DNA of 63,784 nucleotides, counting the filler, from Bigelowiella natans CCMP2755 (taxonomy: Eukaryota > Protista > Cercozoa), in assembly GCA_000320545.1 (NCBI GenBank). It is 4 parts of 4 records of this genome, joined end to end, with 100 filler letters (N's around TTAATTAATTAA, not from the genome) between each part and the next. Parts side by side here need not be neighbours in the genome. Positions count along the whole stretch, not along the records: positions 27,941 to 56,582 come from ADNK01002196.1; positions 56,683 to 58,958 come from ADNK01001966.1; positions 59,059 to 63,784 come from ADNK01000525.1; 1 more part is not named here. The stretch is one strand, 5' to 3'. Under the pieces are notes generated by a model. It ran no database searches. It worked only from the letters and a program-made list of their open reading frames with translations, and was not told the DNA's origin. The translations under genes were made by a program, and so were the position numbers. Below are positions 50,130 to 63,784 of this stretch, piece by piece (within the stretch, counting starts at the first letter, position 1; the number at the start of each line of letters is the position of its first letter).

Positions 50130-50330
50130 TGAAACCAGAAGGAATCAAGAATGGCATTCTGGCCATCGAGGAGTATGGAGATCTCCTTTCAGGACTGAGA
50201 GATCTTCTTCTAGGACTAGGGGGATCTTCTTCTCCGATCCCTCGTTCCATGCCGGTCACGATCCCTGGCATCGTCAAGCCTGAGTTGATTCATCCGCAAA
50301 TGACTCACCCCGGTCGACTCGCCATCACAA
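50130..50330 (-). other. RS-dipeptide-rich coding-like fragment, status unknown
   Basis: Minus strand reads DARDRDRHGTRDRRRRSP then, after a 1-nt shift in a C run, SPRRRSLSPERRSPY. Confidence 0.25.
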
Positions 50331-51199
50331 GCGACGATTTCTTGGTGACGACTACGGATGAAGAAGGATTCTCTCACGAAACGAGAGGGGAAACATGCAA
50401 CTTTTTTGGGTCGTTACAAAGAGAAGAAGATGGTCGCCACCGTTGCCCAAATCGACACCGGTAACAGCCAACAACATCTGAAAATGAAGTTCGACATGTT
50501 CGAGTCGTAGGGTGTGTTTTAGATAAATATTACAGGGTATTTTGACGGTGCGTCAACATATATTTCTGAAAATGTTAATTTCGGCCCGTTTTGCGTGTTG
50601 CCAGTATCTTTGCGAAGATTCAGATCTTTGCTCTAGTCTACCCTGCCCTGCCCCCACGTGCCCCTTCATCCTTGTGACATACGACCAAAATCTAAGGGTC
50701 TGCGTCAAAATAGCTGGGCTTTAGTAGGCACCCACCCCTGCAGAATGCCGCAAAATGGTTCAAGTAACTATGCTTTCACTCCCCAGCCAAAGGTTAGTGT
50801 GCAAGAATTCCTCACCAAGCTTGTCCTGTTTTTCAGAAGGGGAGGGGTGTTGGGTGTTGATGATGTCCAGTTTCTACCCTCTTTTTTGGACTTTGGTGAT
50901 TCATTTTGCCCTTGTACATGTTGCGCTAGATCCGAGAACAACTCACAATTTGCATCCTGTTGCCATCTTTCATCAACATGTTAGAAATTCCAGCTGGGCA
51001 AAGGGATGGCGATGAGCTTCAGCGAAAGGCCATCGAGGAATGTACGAAATTCTACTGCATTCGCTCGAGAATCTTTTTCAGAGGTGATTAGTGCTCTCTA
51101 CGACGCGAAATGCCATATATGTTCATTAACATTTACCCCCTTACCAAATTATCAAAGACGCCATCGTACCGGCCGGGAAGCTCAAACACGGTCTCTCTA

Positions 51200-52175
51200 A
51201 TGGATGAGTTTCGAGTCGCCGCTGCATTAAATTTTGGAGAGGGAGGGAAGAGAAGAAATCGGAGCCATCTTGCCGAAGAGGTTGCAACATTGCAGGACGG
51301 AATAATGCATATACCTGTTGCTGAACTGTACACTTTACGTACCCACACTGACACGCGTAGCAATATCCAAATAACAATTGTAAAACGATAAACCACATCA
51401 GTTCTCAGCAATCCAGAATCATGAAGTTGGATTCTGATATGAAGCTGTGTTATCAGCATGGCCATTTCCTCAACATATCATCAGAGTTGAAATGCCCATT
51501 ACATCTTCCCCCACCAGCAAATACGAATGCTGACATCAAGATCTTCGTCCACCGAAGTTTTTGATTTGTCAGCATAAAAAACAAATTTTGGAAGTGTGTC
51601 TGTATTTCAATGAAGCATCTCCTTGTTACTCCGCAATATAATAGATGAAGGCTCTTCGTCGAAGACATCTTAAGTCGGAGCCATCAAACTCAGCAGCGAC
51701 CACAGAGGCACTCGCTACCTCACAGCGAAAACTTGAGGCTCTTGAGGCACAAATCAGAGCCCTCAGGTGAAAAAACATCAAAGCACATCCGCGCACGCTG
51801 TCACGCCTGGCATCGTAAACGAGCGTGGCGTGTATATTTGTGCGTATGAGTGCATATATATATATATATATATATATATTATGTATAATATTTGTCTGTG
51901 TGTGCTCTGAAACTCTATGGTGCTCCTCTATGTCCCCCCCGCCACGTTTGTTATGATCGATAAACTTTTGGATGGGCAGGGAAGAGCTAAATGCCGAGAA
52001 GCAAACAAGAAAACGCGCTGAGAGGGGCGAGAGGGAGCTCCAGGCAGAGGCGACAAGGGCCACAGAAATTGCAACCATCCGCACGGTCGCAACACAGCTG
52101 GATATGTCGGCATGATGATAAATTCTAGTAACAAGTTTTGCACTGAACATGAACCCGAGTATAGACACGCACACA

Positions 52176-52226
<51 letters not shown>

Positions 52227-52786
52227 TCACAAACTCATACACTTACACACCTGCCATTGGAACGCAGAGGGAATGCGCTGAATTAACGGAGTACGTCGAA
52301 GAACTCAGAGCTGTCGCTAATGCCGAACACCAGAAAAGCCATGAGTACCGACTGCAACTCCAAGGATATGACTTTTTGAGGTAGTGCGCTGCAGAATCAT
52401 CTAATCCCGAATAATCTCAACTTTGTCTCCGCTCACCCCTCTCATCCCACCCGCACAGGGAGGAAAATGGGCGCTATTTGAAGGCCAAGGAGGTGCTTTG
52501 AAGACCTCGCGCGCGCGTTTCGAGAGGAAGGGAGGGGGGAGAGGGGGGAGAGTAGATCCATTGTTTGCAATGCTCTTCATGAGAAATCCCATGATAGACC
52601 CTCTACCAACGACAGCACAACTTAGCCAGTTTGACATTGGAGGTGTGCAACAATAATTTTTGTCAGTGGAGAGAAGGATATATATATATATATATATATA
52701 TCATGTGTCGGGCATTTTCGCGGTCTCATGTGAGGGCAATGAGGTGTGTGGATCTGTATGTTTGATAAAGGCGAGGAATCATATAA

Positions 52787-52832
<46 letters not shown>

Positions 52833-52841
52833 AATATACCC

Positions 52842-52878
<37 letters not shown>

Positions 52879-52917
52879 GCGTGCAATGTGTGCTTGTGTT
52901 CGTTTTTGTATGTGTGC

Positions 52918-52959
<42 letters not shown>

Positions 52960-53346
52960 TGTAGTTACTTCTCCTCAGCACCATCCTTCCTTGCACGTTA
53001 GCGTGTTTAAAACCCTATCTTGCTCCTCCTGCTCTCCCACTTCTCCCTCTGCTCGTTATTACCATGAATGCAGAGATACCCTTGTGAGATGGAAAGCGTT
53101 CGCAACTACCCAATCCAGAACCAATCAGGCTTACGCGGACGTTTGTAAGGTCTCACACAACACATCTCACAAATGTGCGAATCTTCCGAAACACTGCGAA
53201 GTGCTGTCCTACGACGTCCCCATTGCCGTGCCGACTGGCAAATATTCGCGGGCATTTGGGAAATCAAAAGGGGCGCTGACAATGATCTCGTCCATGAAGA
53301 TTTGAAGGATTCTATCCGTAAATAGATGTATTTGTGTGTTTGCGTA

Positions 53347-53383
<37 letters not shown>

Positions 53384-54128
53384 GCGAAAGAGCAGCTCAG
53401 AACCACGCACACACGGGTGCGGCAGGTTATGAAAAGGATTTCAACAACGACGTCGAGGGCTGTCATATCGGCCTACCGAAGGAAGAGGTAAAGAGCAAAA
53501 GAAAGAAAGAAAGAAAGAATAAAGAAGGAAGAAGACCAGCTCGATGACGATAAAAATGACATCATTAACGTGCCTGCACGCGCACACATTGTAAGTACAA
53601 ATTGATTGCATTCATTAGTCTCGGCATCGTTTTCTACCAGTGGAGGAGGAAGCAGCAGGTAGCAGCCCTTTCATTTTGTAGCGCTCCGCATGCTCGTTGC
53701 GTTTTTTGGGGAAAGCAAGAGAGGGCTACTAGAAAGGGTGGCGAGAGAACACGCGCAGCGACTAGCTAGACCTATCAGCCAAATCAGCAAATGTGCTCGG
53801 TGCAAATCGCAAAACGTTTGAGGGACACACAAAGGCGCGCGCCTTGGCCGAATCGATGATTCACAGACCTTCTCTGAACGAAGTCGAAGAGAGGGGAGGT
53901 CTCAAGGAAGGCTTTCTGACTCTTTCACCATCAGGAACGTGAAAACAACCGATTGGCCGCTGAGGCTTATGCGGCAAGCGCCCATAGGTTTGAGCTCTCG
54001 AGACTCAGGTTTTGATTTTTTGCGTGTGAGCGTGTGTGTGTGGGTGGATGAGCTTGCAGGTTTAGTATCTATATAAACTATACCCTAACAACTCAAAAGA
54101 GTTTCTTGAAAATTACGAAATCTACGTT

Positions 54129-54172
<44 letters not shown>

Positions 54173-54683
54173 CCCACACTAGGCTTACGGCATGGTCGCG
54201 TTGGCGAGCAGCTTATCTCTCACGCTGCTTCGTATTGCCCTCCTCACCTGGCGAGAGACCCACGGGCTACTATCTAGAGGCCAACAAGAGAGGCGCGGCA
54301 ACGATGAAGTCGAAATTGAGAATGCGGATTATGGGAATGAATAAGCCCCGTCTCAGCGCCCCTGCAGGCCTACCATTCACTCCTCCATCGCTCCTCTTAC
54401 CACGGAGGTTTAGACAAGATAGGTTGGTGCTTAGAATCATAACATGTTGTGTGGGGCGGGGGGAGGGGGGGGGGGTGGAGAGAAAATACAGTGTGTAATG
54501 GGAGAGAAGCTCCTTATTGAACATATTTTCTGTGGTTTCTTGTCGCGCATGACGGCCTTCTCAGCAGTCGTGTGGCAGAACATAAATCGCCTTCTCTTTC
54601 GAACATGAATCACCTTTTCTTTCGCTGCAAATAATTCCCAGGACTCCAATGTTGCGATTTATTAGTGAGTAGTATATGCATAA

Positions 54684-54718
<35 letters not shown>

Positions 54719-55481
54719 AATATATTTACATATATACATATGTATATCCGATTTTTGGGAGGTCGTGTGTCATTGCCACCGCTGGGTCGCTTCCTGGCCA
54801 GATTCTCACGGCCCCACGCAAAGCACATAACCCACTGTCACCCACTGAACCGTGTGCTTAATCATTTGCTTTCTAGAAGACGCGCAGGTGCCGCTGCTCT
54901 GCTGCCCATGCCAGGCGATGAATACGCAGGAGAATTTGCAACTGGCCTCGTCTTATTGTCTGGATTAATCCAGTCCCAACGTGTGAAGCACCTCGCTAGA
55001 TCTCTTGCGAAATGGCGGCGAGTTGTGAATGCTCAAGAGCTGGAAGACACGGTAGCAGGGATCGGGAGCAACAGCGCATACACGCCTGTTTATATTCACG
55101 CATTGCATGTATGATGTGTATATGTGAAATGTGCGTCTTGCTATTTCCACGATCTGACTCCCCCAATCCCCCCAATCCCCCTCCCCCCCCCCCTTCCTTC
55201 AGTCTAAGGCTTTGATTGAGTCGTCGAATACATCCAATTACCTGGCAGAGGTGAGCTATGTTCACAGCAAGGCGGAATTGCAATGCTGTGTATTGATGAT
55301 GATCGCATCCCAAATGGTGCAAAATGTGCCTAAATGCAAGCACCTACCGTCAGATGCTGCGGGACATTAAAAGCAAATATCGAAATTTGCGCGACACCGC
55401 GCGGGGCCTTGCAGTCACCATTCGCGACAAAGAAGAAATACTGCAGAAGGTACAAAGACAAGAGCGTTACACTATGTATGC

Positions 55482-55519
<38 letters not shown>

Positions 55520-56200
55520 GTTGGGATGTGTGTGTGTGTGTGTCGTATCTAAACCCTCTTCTTTCCAGTCGAGTAGCTACTGGAGACACCAATCGATGAA
55601 GTCGCGCACTTTTAGACGATGGAGCAAACTTGCTGACGCGCATGTATTGCGCAAACGCGCGAGAGCCACCGCCCTGCGGGCGGTCGCGACACGATCCTAC
55701 AAACAGATAATGGCCAAGTGGGTGAACCGCTGGCGTGGAGAGATTCAATCGGATTCCAACAGGGAGGAGAGGGAAAAGATGAAACGAGGGTATGTACATT
55801 TACACGGTAGCGCAGCGGATAGAGGGCAATGTGTGCGTGTGGGTGTGCGTGTGCGTGTGCGTGTGTGTTTGCTTGTGTCGCTAATTGCAAACATGTTCAT
55901 AAGCGGTTGGATGTTCGATGATCCCCCCCCCCCCTCCCTTCCCTTCTCTGCGATTTAAATTGCACCACAAAGCTACGAAAGGAAGATTCGGAAGATGCGC
56001 CGCGCATCTGTCGTGATTCAGCAGAGCCTTGAATCCGAGAAAGACAGCCAGTTGGCGGAAGAGCGGCGCAGGCATGAGGCCGACAAAGAGCGCCTCATCG
56101 AGGAGAAGCGGCAAGAAATCATCCGGATCGAATCGCACCACAAAGATCTTGTCGAGAAGGTACCGTGCTGCTACGGTTGCTTCTCCCTACTGTCGTGAAT
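51200..56200 (+). CDS. Large coiled-coil protein with Sfi1-like Trp-containing repeats; multi-exon, boundaries approximate
   Basis: Coiled-coil exons ([53 protein letters not shown]) and repeats [45 protein letters not shown]. Confidence 0.5.
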
Positions 56201-56582
56201 GCATATGCATGGATGGTGGTGGTGGTGGTGGTGAAAGTGGAAGCTAATGCCAAAACTGCATTTACAACATTTCCTAGTTACTGAGGGGAGAAGAAGATAC
56301 TGATTACCAAAATCTCTCCCCTGCGACCATCACATTAAACGCATAAATTTTCAAATATCTTCGGTTTCCCCATCCCTACCCCATCCCCCCCCCCCCCCCG
56401 GCTGCAAGTAGTATTACAGTGTCCAATTCTTGTTTCCAATTTTTCATAAATCTACTTATTAGTAAGGAAAATCTAAAGGGGCCAATGAAGATGAGTCGAG
56501 CGCTGTGCGGGACGCTGCTGTTACGTATTCTGTCGTCGCTAGAAGCTTCGGAGCAAGCTGGCATACTGACCATTGGCTGCAT

Positions 56583-56682
56583 NNNNNNNNNNNNNNNNNN
56601 NNNNNNNNNNNNNNNNNNNNNNNNNNTTAATTAATTAANNNNNNNNNNNNNNNNNNNNNNNNNNNNNNNNNNNNNNNNNNNN
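56583..56682. other. Artificial contig spacer
   Basis: 44 N + TTAATTAATTAA + 44 N. Confidence 0.97.
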
Positions 56683-56719
56683 GGGGGTGGGGGTGTGTGT
56701 TTTTTATATTTTTATATAG

Positions 56720-58003
56720 CCCAATATTTATTCGAGGACACATCTTATCGACCGAACCTCGGGCCCCTCCTCCGCATCATTTACCGCCACATCATTTCAC
56801 CCTTCTTTTCCACTCTCCCCCCCCCCCCCTCCTTAATACCAACACTACTACTACTACTACTACTACTACTCCTACTACTACACAGCAGCACGATGAAGAT
56901 GGACGTGTTGCTGTTTGCTTCATCGTAGGTGGTACCTCGCTCGCTCTCCGGGGAAGAAGTCAACGATGGCGGCCTTTTGCGGCGTCTCGAAAACTCCGCG
57001 GCACACGCCAAGACAGACGTACAGAGACGCAATCCCCCATTTCAGGTTTCGCAAGGCCCCAGGGCTCAATGCGATCGCAATGGACCCTGTGATGAATGTC
57101 AATGCACCGCAACGAAGGGATGATGGATAGAAGTAGGAGAGAGGGAGAGATAGAGGGGGAAGAGGAGAAAGGTTGTGTTAAGGTTTCGAATGGCCTGGAG
57201 AGAGAAGTGGATAGTATACTACGATTGGGTGCTATTTGTTCTAAGGGAATTCCCCTCTTCCTCCCTCCATCTCTGCTACTACTACTACGACGACTACTAC
57301 TACTACTACGACTACTACAACTGCTTGTACTGGCATGATAAACAACACAACCGACCTACTGCAGCATAGAAGCTCGATCCCAGGAGAATCTCGCTCCGTT
57401 TTCCCTTCTCACTTGCACTTTTGATGACGATGACGATGACGATGATGATGACGATGATGATGACGATGACGATGAGCGGAGGACGAATGGGCACAGGAGG
57501 AAGAGGAGAGGGGAGAGGAAGAGGCGGGAGGGGGGGGAGGGGGGCAGAGAAGCAAATGAACATTCTCGTTGGACATGAGCCGCACATCATCAGCGCCTCT
57601 CATCATCATCATCTTCATCATCATCATCATCATCTATATCATCATCATCATCATCTTCATCATCATCTTCTTGAATCAGTCTCAATCACATCGTCGCCTG
57701 GTCCGAGAATGACATGAGGCGATGCAGCGCACACAACAATACCCGAAGTAGGAGAAAACCGGCGAGATCAGGGCCGCCACCGAGGGCGTGATGGCCGCCA
57801 TCCAACCTACGTTTGCCATGCCCAACGACTCCTTCACGATGTATCCATTCAGGTACATGTCACCAAAGGTTTGGCCTGTCGTTGCGGTAGTAGGTAGACA
57901 GGGGAAGGAGGGAGGGAGGGAGGAAGGGAGAAGAACAACATGTATGAGAGAGTGTATGCGCGGAGCGCACACACACTCGCACGCACGTGTGTACAAACAT
58001 ATA

Positions 58004-58047
<44 letters not shown>

Positions 58048-58520
58048 GTTATAACTTTGAATTACTACCGATGCCGAAAGCCATTTGGTAGACACCGAGG
58101 AAGCGCACTATTGGGCTTTTCCACAGCAAACCGATCTACGCAGGATAACAACACACACATACCAACAAGGCACGCACACAAGAGGAAGAGGGAAATCACT
58201 AATGCATGGCGCTACTTCACCTCCCTGCCCCCCCCCCCCCTCTCGATCGAGAAATCTATACTACTCATACCGTTGTTAGAAGCTGTTGGCAGGGGGAGGG
58301 AATTGCACCGCCAAGCCGCATGTTGCGTTTTTTATGCTTGTTGTTACGATGATGCTGCTGCTGCTGCTGCTGAATAATCGCGGTCGTTGTCGGTCCCCTC
58401 CTGCTCTCCGTCCCCATCGTTTGTTGAGGGGGGGGGGGGTTGGGCAAGAGGGATGTGAGCAAGCAACCTGCCGTTGCGAGGCCGCTAAACACCGCCAACG
58501 TCAGCTCCAGCCCTATTTCG
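56720..58520 (-). CDS. UNC93-like / MFS membrane protein; partial, multi-exon
   Basis: TFGDMYLNGYIVKESLGMANVGWMAAITPSVAALISPVFSYF; WGIASLYVCLGVCRGVFETPQKAAIVDFFPGE; hydrophobic GLELTLAVFSGLATAGCLL. Confidence 0.58.
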
Positions 58521-58958
58521 ATAATTGCCATAATCACCAGGATGGTGATGGTGATGATGGTGGTGATGGTCATGGTGATGATGATGATGATGATGGTGAT
58601 GATGAAGTAGAGATAAAAAAAAACCCTTTATTATTACTCAACACCCTTCCTAGGTGCCCCATCATGATTCATACGGGGCGGTGTCCCATCAATATGGGTG
58701 TGGGTGTGTGTGTGTGTGTGTGTGTATCCATTTATGTGTGCGTGTATCGCAAAACAACACGCATGTTGCTTTATATCGACTTGCGCTTGTCAGTTCTGTG
58801 CGTGTGTGATATCATCAAAGTGGTAGCTAAGATTTGGGCGATTAGTGCAGCTGCGGCATGGAGCAAGATGAGTGATGACAAAGAGAGAGGGAGAGGGTTG
58901 GGGGGGAGGGGGAGAAACAGAAAGAGAAGGGTGCATGATTGACCCATTGTTGTTGTTT

Positions 58959-59058
58959 NNNNNNNNNNNNNNNNNNNNNNNNNNNNNNNNNNNNNNNNNN
59001 NNTTAATTAATTAANNNNNNNNNNNNNNNNNNNNNNNNNNNNNNNNNNNNNNNNNNNN
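58959..59058. other. Artificial contig spacer
   Basis: 44 N + TTAATTAATTAA + 44 N. Confidence 0.97.
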
Positions 59059-59399
59059 AAGGGAATGATGATAGCGATGATGAAGTCGCCATGAGTGTTC
59101 TTTCTGTTGCTCCTATATTATTATTATTCTGTTCGACCAATGATGTTAATCTATGCTCTCCTCCTCCCCTCACCTACTATTTACAATTGATTATCTACAC
59201 AATACAAGGGTGTATCTAGAAGTCTGGATACCGTGAAACGCGCAATTGAATCCTTGTTGAATTCACAAGGTGGTGATTCTTCTCTATTTGCTTGTTACTC
59301 GAATATGGCTTTCCCCCCTCCCCCTCGATTCTTATGTGTACCTCTTACCTGTGCTGTTGTTCTTCTCTTCATATTGCTCTTTTCTCTCTATTACTCCTC

Positions 59400-60746
59400 T
59401 CGCCCAGGCATCAAGCAGTTTCTGATGGTGGCTCTGCGATATGGTAACACGATGAACCTGGGATCGAAGCGCTACGACAACGCTTACGGGTGCTTTCGCA
59501 TGTATTTGTACTTGCGAGGGGGGAGACGAGGAGGGAGGAAAGGAATAAGGAGGAATACGCGATTTATGTATCTCCCTGGCATTGGTTTGGGGGGGGGGGG
59601 GATTTTGATACAATATAGAGGCAAGACCCCGAACACCAACCAACATTGTATCCGCACATGATATGATTGGGGGAGGAGGAAGAAGAAGAAGAAGGTACGC
59701 GGAATATGGGTTTCTTCGTCTGCTTGTTCTTATTCTTCTTCTTTTGCTTCGTTTGGAAATTAATAATGATATCAAATGAAAAACTGCGAACTATTTCTCT
59801 CATCATTTGTAATAAATAGCAGCGCAGCAGCAGTTGTAGTGATAGTGATAGTAGCAGTAGTAGCAGTAGTAGTAGCGTACACGTTCATTCTGGATAAGCG
59901 ACCGACGAGCTCCTCGAGCTAATCAACCACCAAATCAGACATGCATGATGACGAAGCGTGCGTGCACACATCGTGTCATCAAGAATGTGTGTTTTGTGTG
60001 TGTGTGTGTGTGTGTGTGTTTTGTGTGTATCTGTGTGCGTGTGTTGTGTGCATGTCTCCGGTCTTTGCGATAAGACGACGAATTAGGGCCAAGGTTGTAC
60101 CGAGAATTTAAGCCCTGAGAGTGCGATTAGCACATTTCTTGTGCGTTTATGATCCAACAGCTGAACCAATGCTGGCTTGCGGAGCATCATGAGAACTTGT
60201 GCGTCATCGTTCGAAGAGGAAGAAGAGGACGGCGGAGAAGATAATGAGTCCGCCTTCTTTCCCTGCTCCGCTCGTTGCCTTCGTCGCCCATGCTTGCCTC
60301 TGCCCCCCCCCCGCGTGCAGGCCTCAAATTCCTAGTTGCGCAAGAAGGAGTGAGTAAGTCGAAGGATAGGATAGCCGGAGGCCAAAAAATGACCGATTTG
60401 ATGCCAGACTACAATTTATACCGGTCATAAATTATTTGAAGAAAAGATGGCAGTAGTCATCATTATTCCCCCCCCCCCCCCCTCGAGTTCCCACTACCGC
60501 TTCCAAACTTTCCAGATCCGTCGGGGGAAGGGGGGCCCTCCACCCCCCCCTTGGGGAGGAAGATGAGAGCACCGACGATGAAGTAGATGATGATGAAGAT
60601 GATGATGATGATGATGAAGATGAAAGGGGAGAGGAGGAGGAGGAGGAAGAGGATGTAGTAGCAATCGCCCTAGTCTTCATATCCCCCTTGGCATGGTTAT
60701 TGTCATTCTCGCAGAGAGCGGAGTGGAAGATCTGTGGATATATACG

Positions 60747-60784
<38 letters not shown>

Positions 60785-60793
60785 TAGTATTAT

Positions 60794-60835
<42 letters not shown>

Positions 60836-61026
60836 GACAAAATAGGCAACGCGACCAATTCATATTGCTTCCTCGCTACTACCGTGTCTTCCAGCTCATC
60901 TAGCTCTATCCTCTTCCAGTGCCAGCGCTTCAATCGAGTCTACATTTAAATTTAATTTAATTTAATTCTTCTCCTCTAACTACTAATCCTCTATCATTGC
61001 AACTCTCTACCACAATGCGTGTGAGC

Positions 61027-61068
<42 letters not shown>

Positions 61069-62156
61069 GCGAGTAATGGCTCTGTGTATATCTATCTATA
61101 TTCACCGATGGTGGTTTCAACTTCCATTCTCGCAGCCCAAGTCTCTACCAGCCGCAAGGGGGTGAGGAGGGGGGAGGAGGGAGGGACGGAGAGTGGGGAA
61201 AGAGGGAGGATATGGGAGGGAGGCTTTTGAGTTTAAATTGCGGGACAAACCTATGCATCACACCTGTGTGCACACGTAAAATTATACAGTAGTACCTTCA
61301 GAAGGCGAGTTTGTTCCACTGCTGTACCCTCGCCAGCCCCCATGAGCGAGGGTGGGGGCAGCAAACCAGGAGGGGGAGGCAGCAAACCAGGAGGGGGGGG
61401 AGGTGGTGGTGGGATGCCAGCTCCACTCCCCGTTGCTGGTGCTGATGATGATGCTGCTGCTGATGATGCTGCTGCTGCTGATGATGATGATGCTGCTGCT
61501 GCTGCTGCTGCTGTGCTACTTTCACCACTGCTGCAACCAGTGTTTTCATCACTATCCTTAGAATGATCGCTCTTGCTCTTTCCTTCGGTCTTTGCTCCAT
61601 CGTCCTGTATCTTCTTCTGATGCGGTAAACGCTGATCATGATTGCCATAACCCCCTTCTTGCTTCTTCTTTTTCTTCTGTTCCTTCCCGCTGTTTTCTTC
61701 CTCCTCGTTATTGCCGCTGCTTTTCTTGTCCAGGTTGCTTCTGCTTCTGCTCTTACGATTGTCAGCGCTATCACTGCCCGTCCTCGTCCTCGTTGCCTCG
61801 TCTTCCTCCCCCTCGCGGCCTTTATTCTCGTCCTTAAGGCTCTCGGCGTTAGAGGGATCCTTCCCGTGATTGTTCGGTAGGGTGGGCGGGGAGGCATCGT
61901 CCTCCCCCGCACAGTGTTCATTTTGTGGTGATAAGATTTGTTTCTTCTTCTTCTTCTTCCGTTGCAGAAGGCTCCTTCTCTGCGGTAGAGCCTGACGGCG
62001 CTTCGCTAGCAGCCTCTGCTGCTGCCGGCCCGAGCTACCTCCCTTCTCTGAGGAGGCATGATGCGCATCCTTCCTTTCGAGAGTAGGCTGAAGAAATGGC
62101 TCCACCTGTTGCTGCTGCAGCTGTTGTTGCCTTGAGGTCTGCATGCAGAAATACTA

Positions 62157-62200
<44 letters not shown>

Positions 62201-62421
62201 TGACGATGAAGATGCGTCTGATATAAGGTATACTACTTGGCTCTGCTTGTGAAGAAGGCCTGAGGACTCCAGCGAAGCGTAAAGCGTCTCCACCTGCGAG
62301 AGGGCGTCGATACCGAACAATCGGAGAGAGGAAGGTAAATCGATAATATCCTTATAGAGCTATCTATCTGCACTTCGTCAGGACGTTATATGTTGGCAGA
62401 ATTGAGTGTGTGTTTGTGTTT

Positions 62422-62466
<45 letters not shown>

Positions 62467-63006
62467 ATGCTGTATATGTAGGTAATATATCACATTCATG
62501 TCCCTATTCATAGGTTGTTAACACCTGGTTTGAGAGCTTCTGATTTCGAATGCGCAGCTCCTAGAGAACATGCATCCGATCAAAATGGCGTGTGTTGGGC
62601 AGGGAGAGGGGCGCACTTGCAGAAAGGGCCAAACACGATACTCCGACGACGACGATGATTCCATATTACAGCATGGTCATTGTCATCATTACCACTCAAC
62701 TACAGCAGCAGACGCAGGTGGAAGTACCTTATTGACTCCTTGCAAACCTTTGCACCGCGATCTCACCTCCCTGATCTTCAGAGCTGCCTGGAAAAGGGAA
62801 CGTGGAAGTCAGGAATAAAGAAGGCAGCGGGCAGATGATTGCTCATTATATTTTGTGCGTTGCAACCACAGCTCTCACCTGTGAGATCATCTTCGTGTGC
62901 TCCTCCTGCTGCTGCAGCAGAAGCGTGTTCTTGTCCGAGAGAATCTATCCCCATGCGTTCGTATGGATTTTGATCACATAAATATCGTGTGGGTGTGTAT
63001 GTGTAT

Positions 63007-63043
<37 letters not shown>

Positions 63044-63784
63044 TGTCCTATAAACTGCTTTCTCTTCCACTATTACTACTAATACTACTACTACTACTAC
63101 AACTACTTACTACCTTGGCAGTGATCTTTAGATGTCTTATGTCGCTGCCGTCATTTCTGCTGCCGCTAGTCCTGCTTGTGTTATTGTCTCGTGTAGTAGT
63201 TGCTGCCGTGATTGGATTTCTAGACAACAGAGATAATAGGTGAAGAAGGAGAAGGACAACAAAGGGGGGCGGAGAAAGTGAGGCAGAAGGGGAGATATGA
63301 TGATAGGAATAGACTATATTCCGGAAGTCAGAGGGATCTGCTTCGGGGGCCGTGCCGTATGATATGAAAATTAGCTGCGCTTTTCACACATCCGCCGTTA
63401 AAAAGATGCTACCGATGCTACACTGCTAGCCAAAAACCCTTCTGATGCATTGCATATTTTCCTACCTCCCCCCCTCTTCTTTACGGGAAACATAAAATAT
63501 AAGCTTACTTGAGAGCTCCTGCTGCCTTCTTTATCCAGGAAAATACCTTCGCCGATGTGGCAGCGGCAGCAGCAGTCCCGGATGAGGAGGAGGGGGAGGG
63601 GGAGGAGGAGGAGGAGGAGGAGGAGGGGTTTTTGGCGACTGTGTCGATGAGAGCGATGGATGGGCGATGGTGATGAAGTAGATGTTAGCGACAAAGACTT
63701 CTGGCTGCTGCTGCTTCGACGTTGATTGTACGGCGGCGCCGCGAGGTGCGGCATCATCTTAGACCCGTCATCGAATGCTGTTTT
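59400..63784 (-). CDS. Formin (FH1 + FH2); partial at both ends
   Basis: FH1 poly-Pro [22 protein letters not shown] (about 61340-61410) followed by FH2 motifs LK|RWHWKRIELDELEDT|IFHS and VQLLDHKRTRNVLIALSGLKFS; long low-complexity exon upstream. Confidence 0.72.

Noticed and set aside
1-63784. Assignment to chlorarachniophytes
   Set aside because: Intron density and gene style are compatible but nothing in the window is diagnostic; no tRNA or rRNA genes were recognised either.

Overview
Intron-dense eukaryotic (protist-like) nuclear DNA with short GT-AG spliceosomal introns packed with microsatellites; three artificial contig-joining spacers (44 N + TTAATTAATTAA + 44 N) mean the window is four contigs. 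Genes I could splice by hand: monofunctional formate-THF ligase (runs off left edge), LCM-family SAM methyltransferase, intronless calpain-type protease, Gfo/Idh/MocA oxidoreductase, a DCC(DUF393)-thioredoxin fusion, TRAPPC4, a RanBP2 zinc-finger protein, an SCFD2-like Sec1 protein, a KCNH/CNG-type K+ channel, an EamA transporter, PRP39, RPL7A, a coiled-coil protein with Sfi1-like repeats, an UNC93-like MFS protein and a formin. The most striking signal is non-genic: three intergenic islands (about 3.1-4.1, 10.9-12.8 and 48.4-50.1 kb) are almost free of the dinucleotide TA, rich in TG and CA, and retain CG; most surviving TAs sit inside CTAG (7 of 7 over 1.3 kb in the third island). Other intergenic blocks (41.1-42.0 kb) are about 10-fold enriched for CTAG. 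Two islands carry 3' ends of the same non-LTR retrotransposon. This looks like a repeat-targeted, strand-symmetric TpA->TpG/CpA hypermutation (opposite in direction to fungal RIP) with a CTAG exception. Counts are manual, exon boundaries are by eye, and the taxon cannot be fixed from sequence alone.
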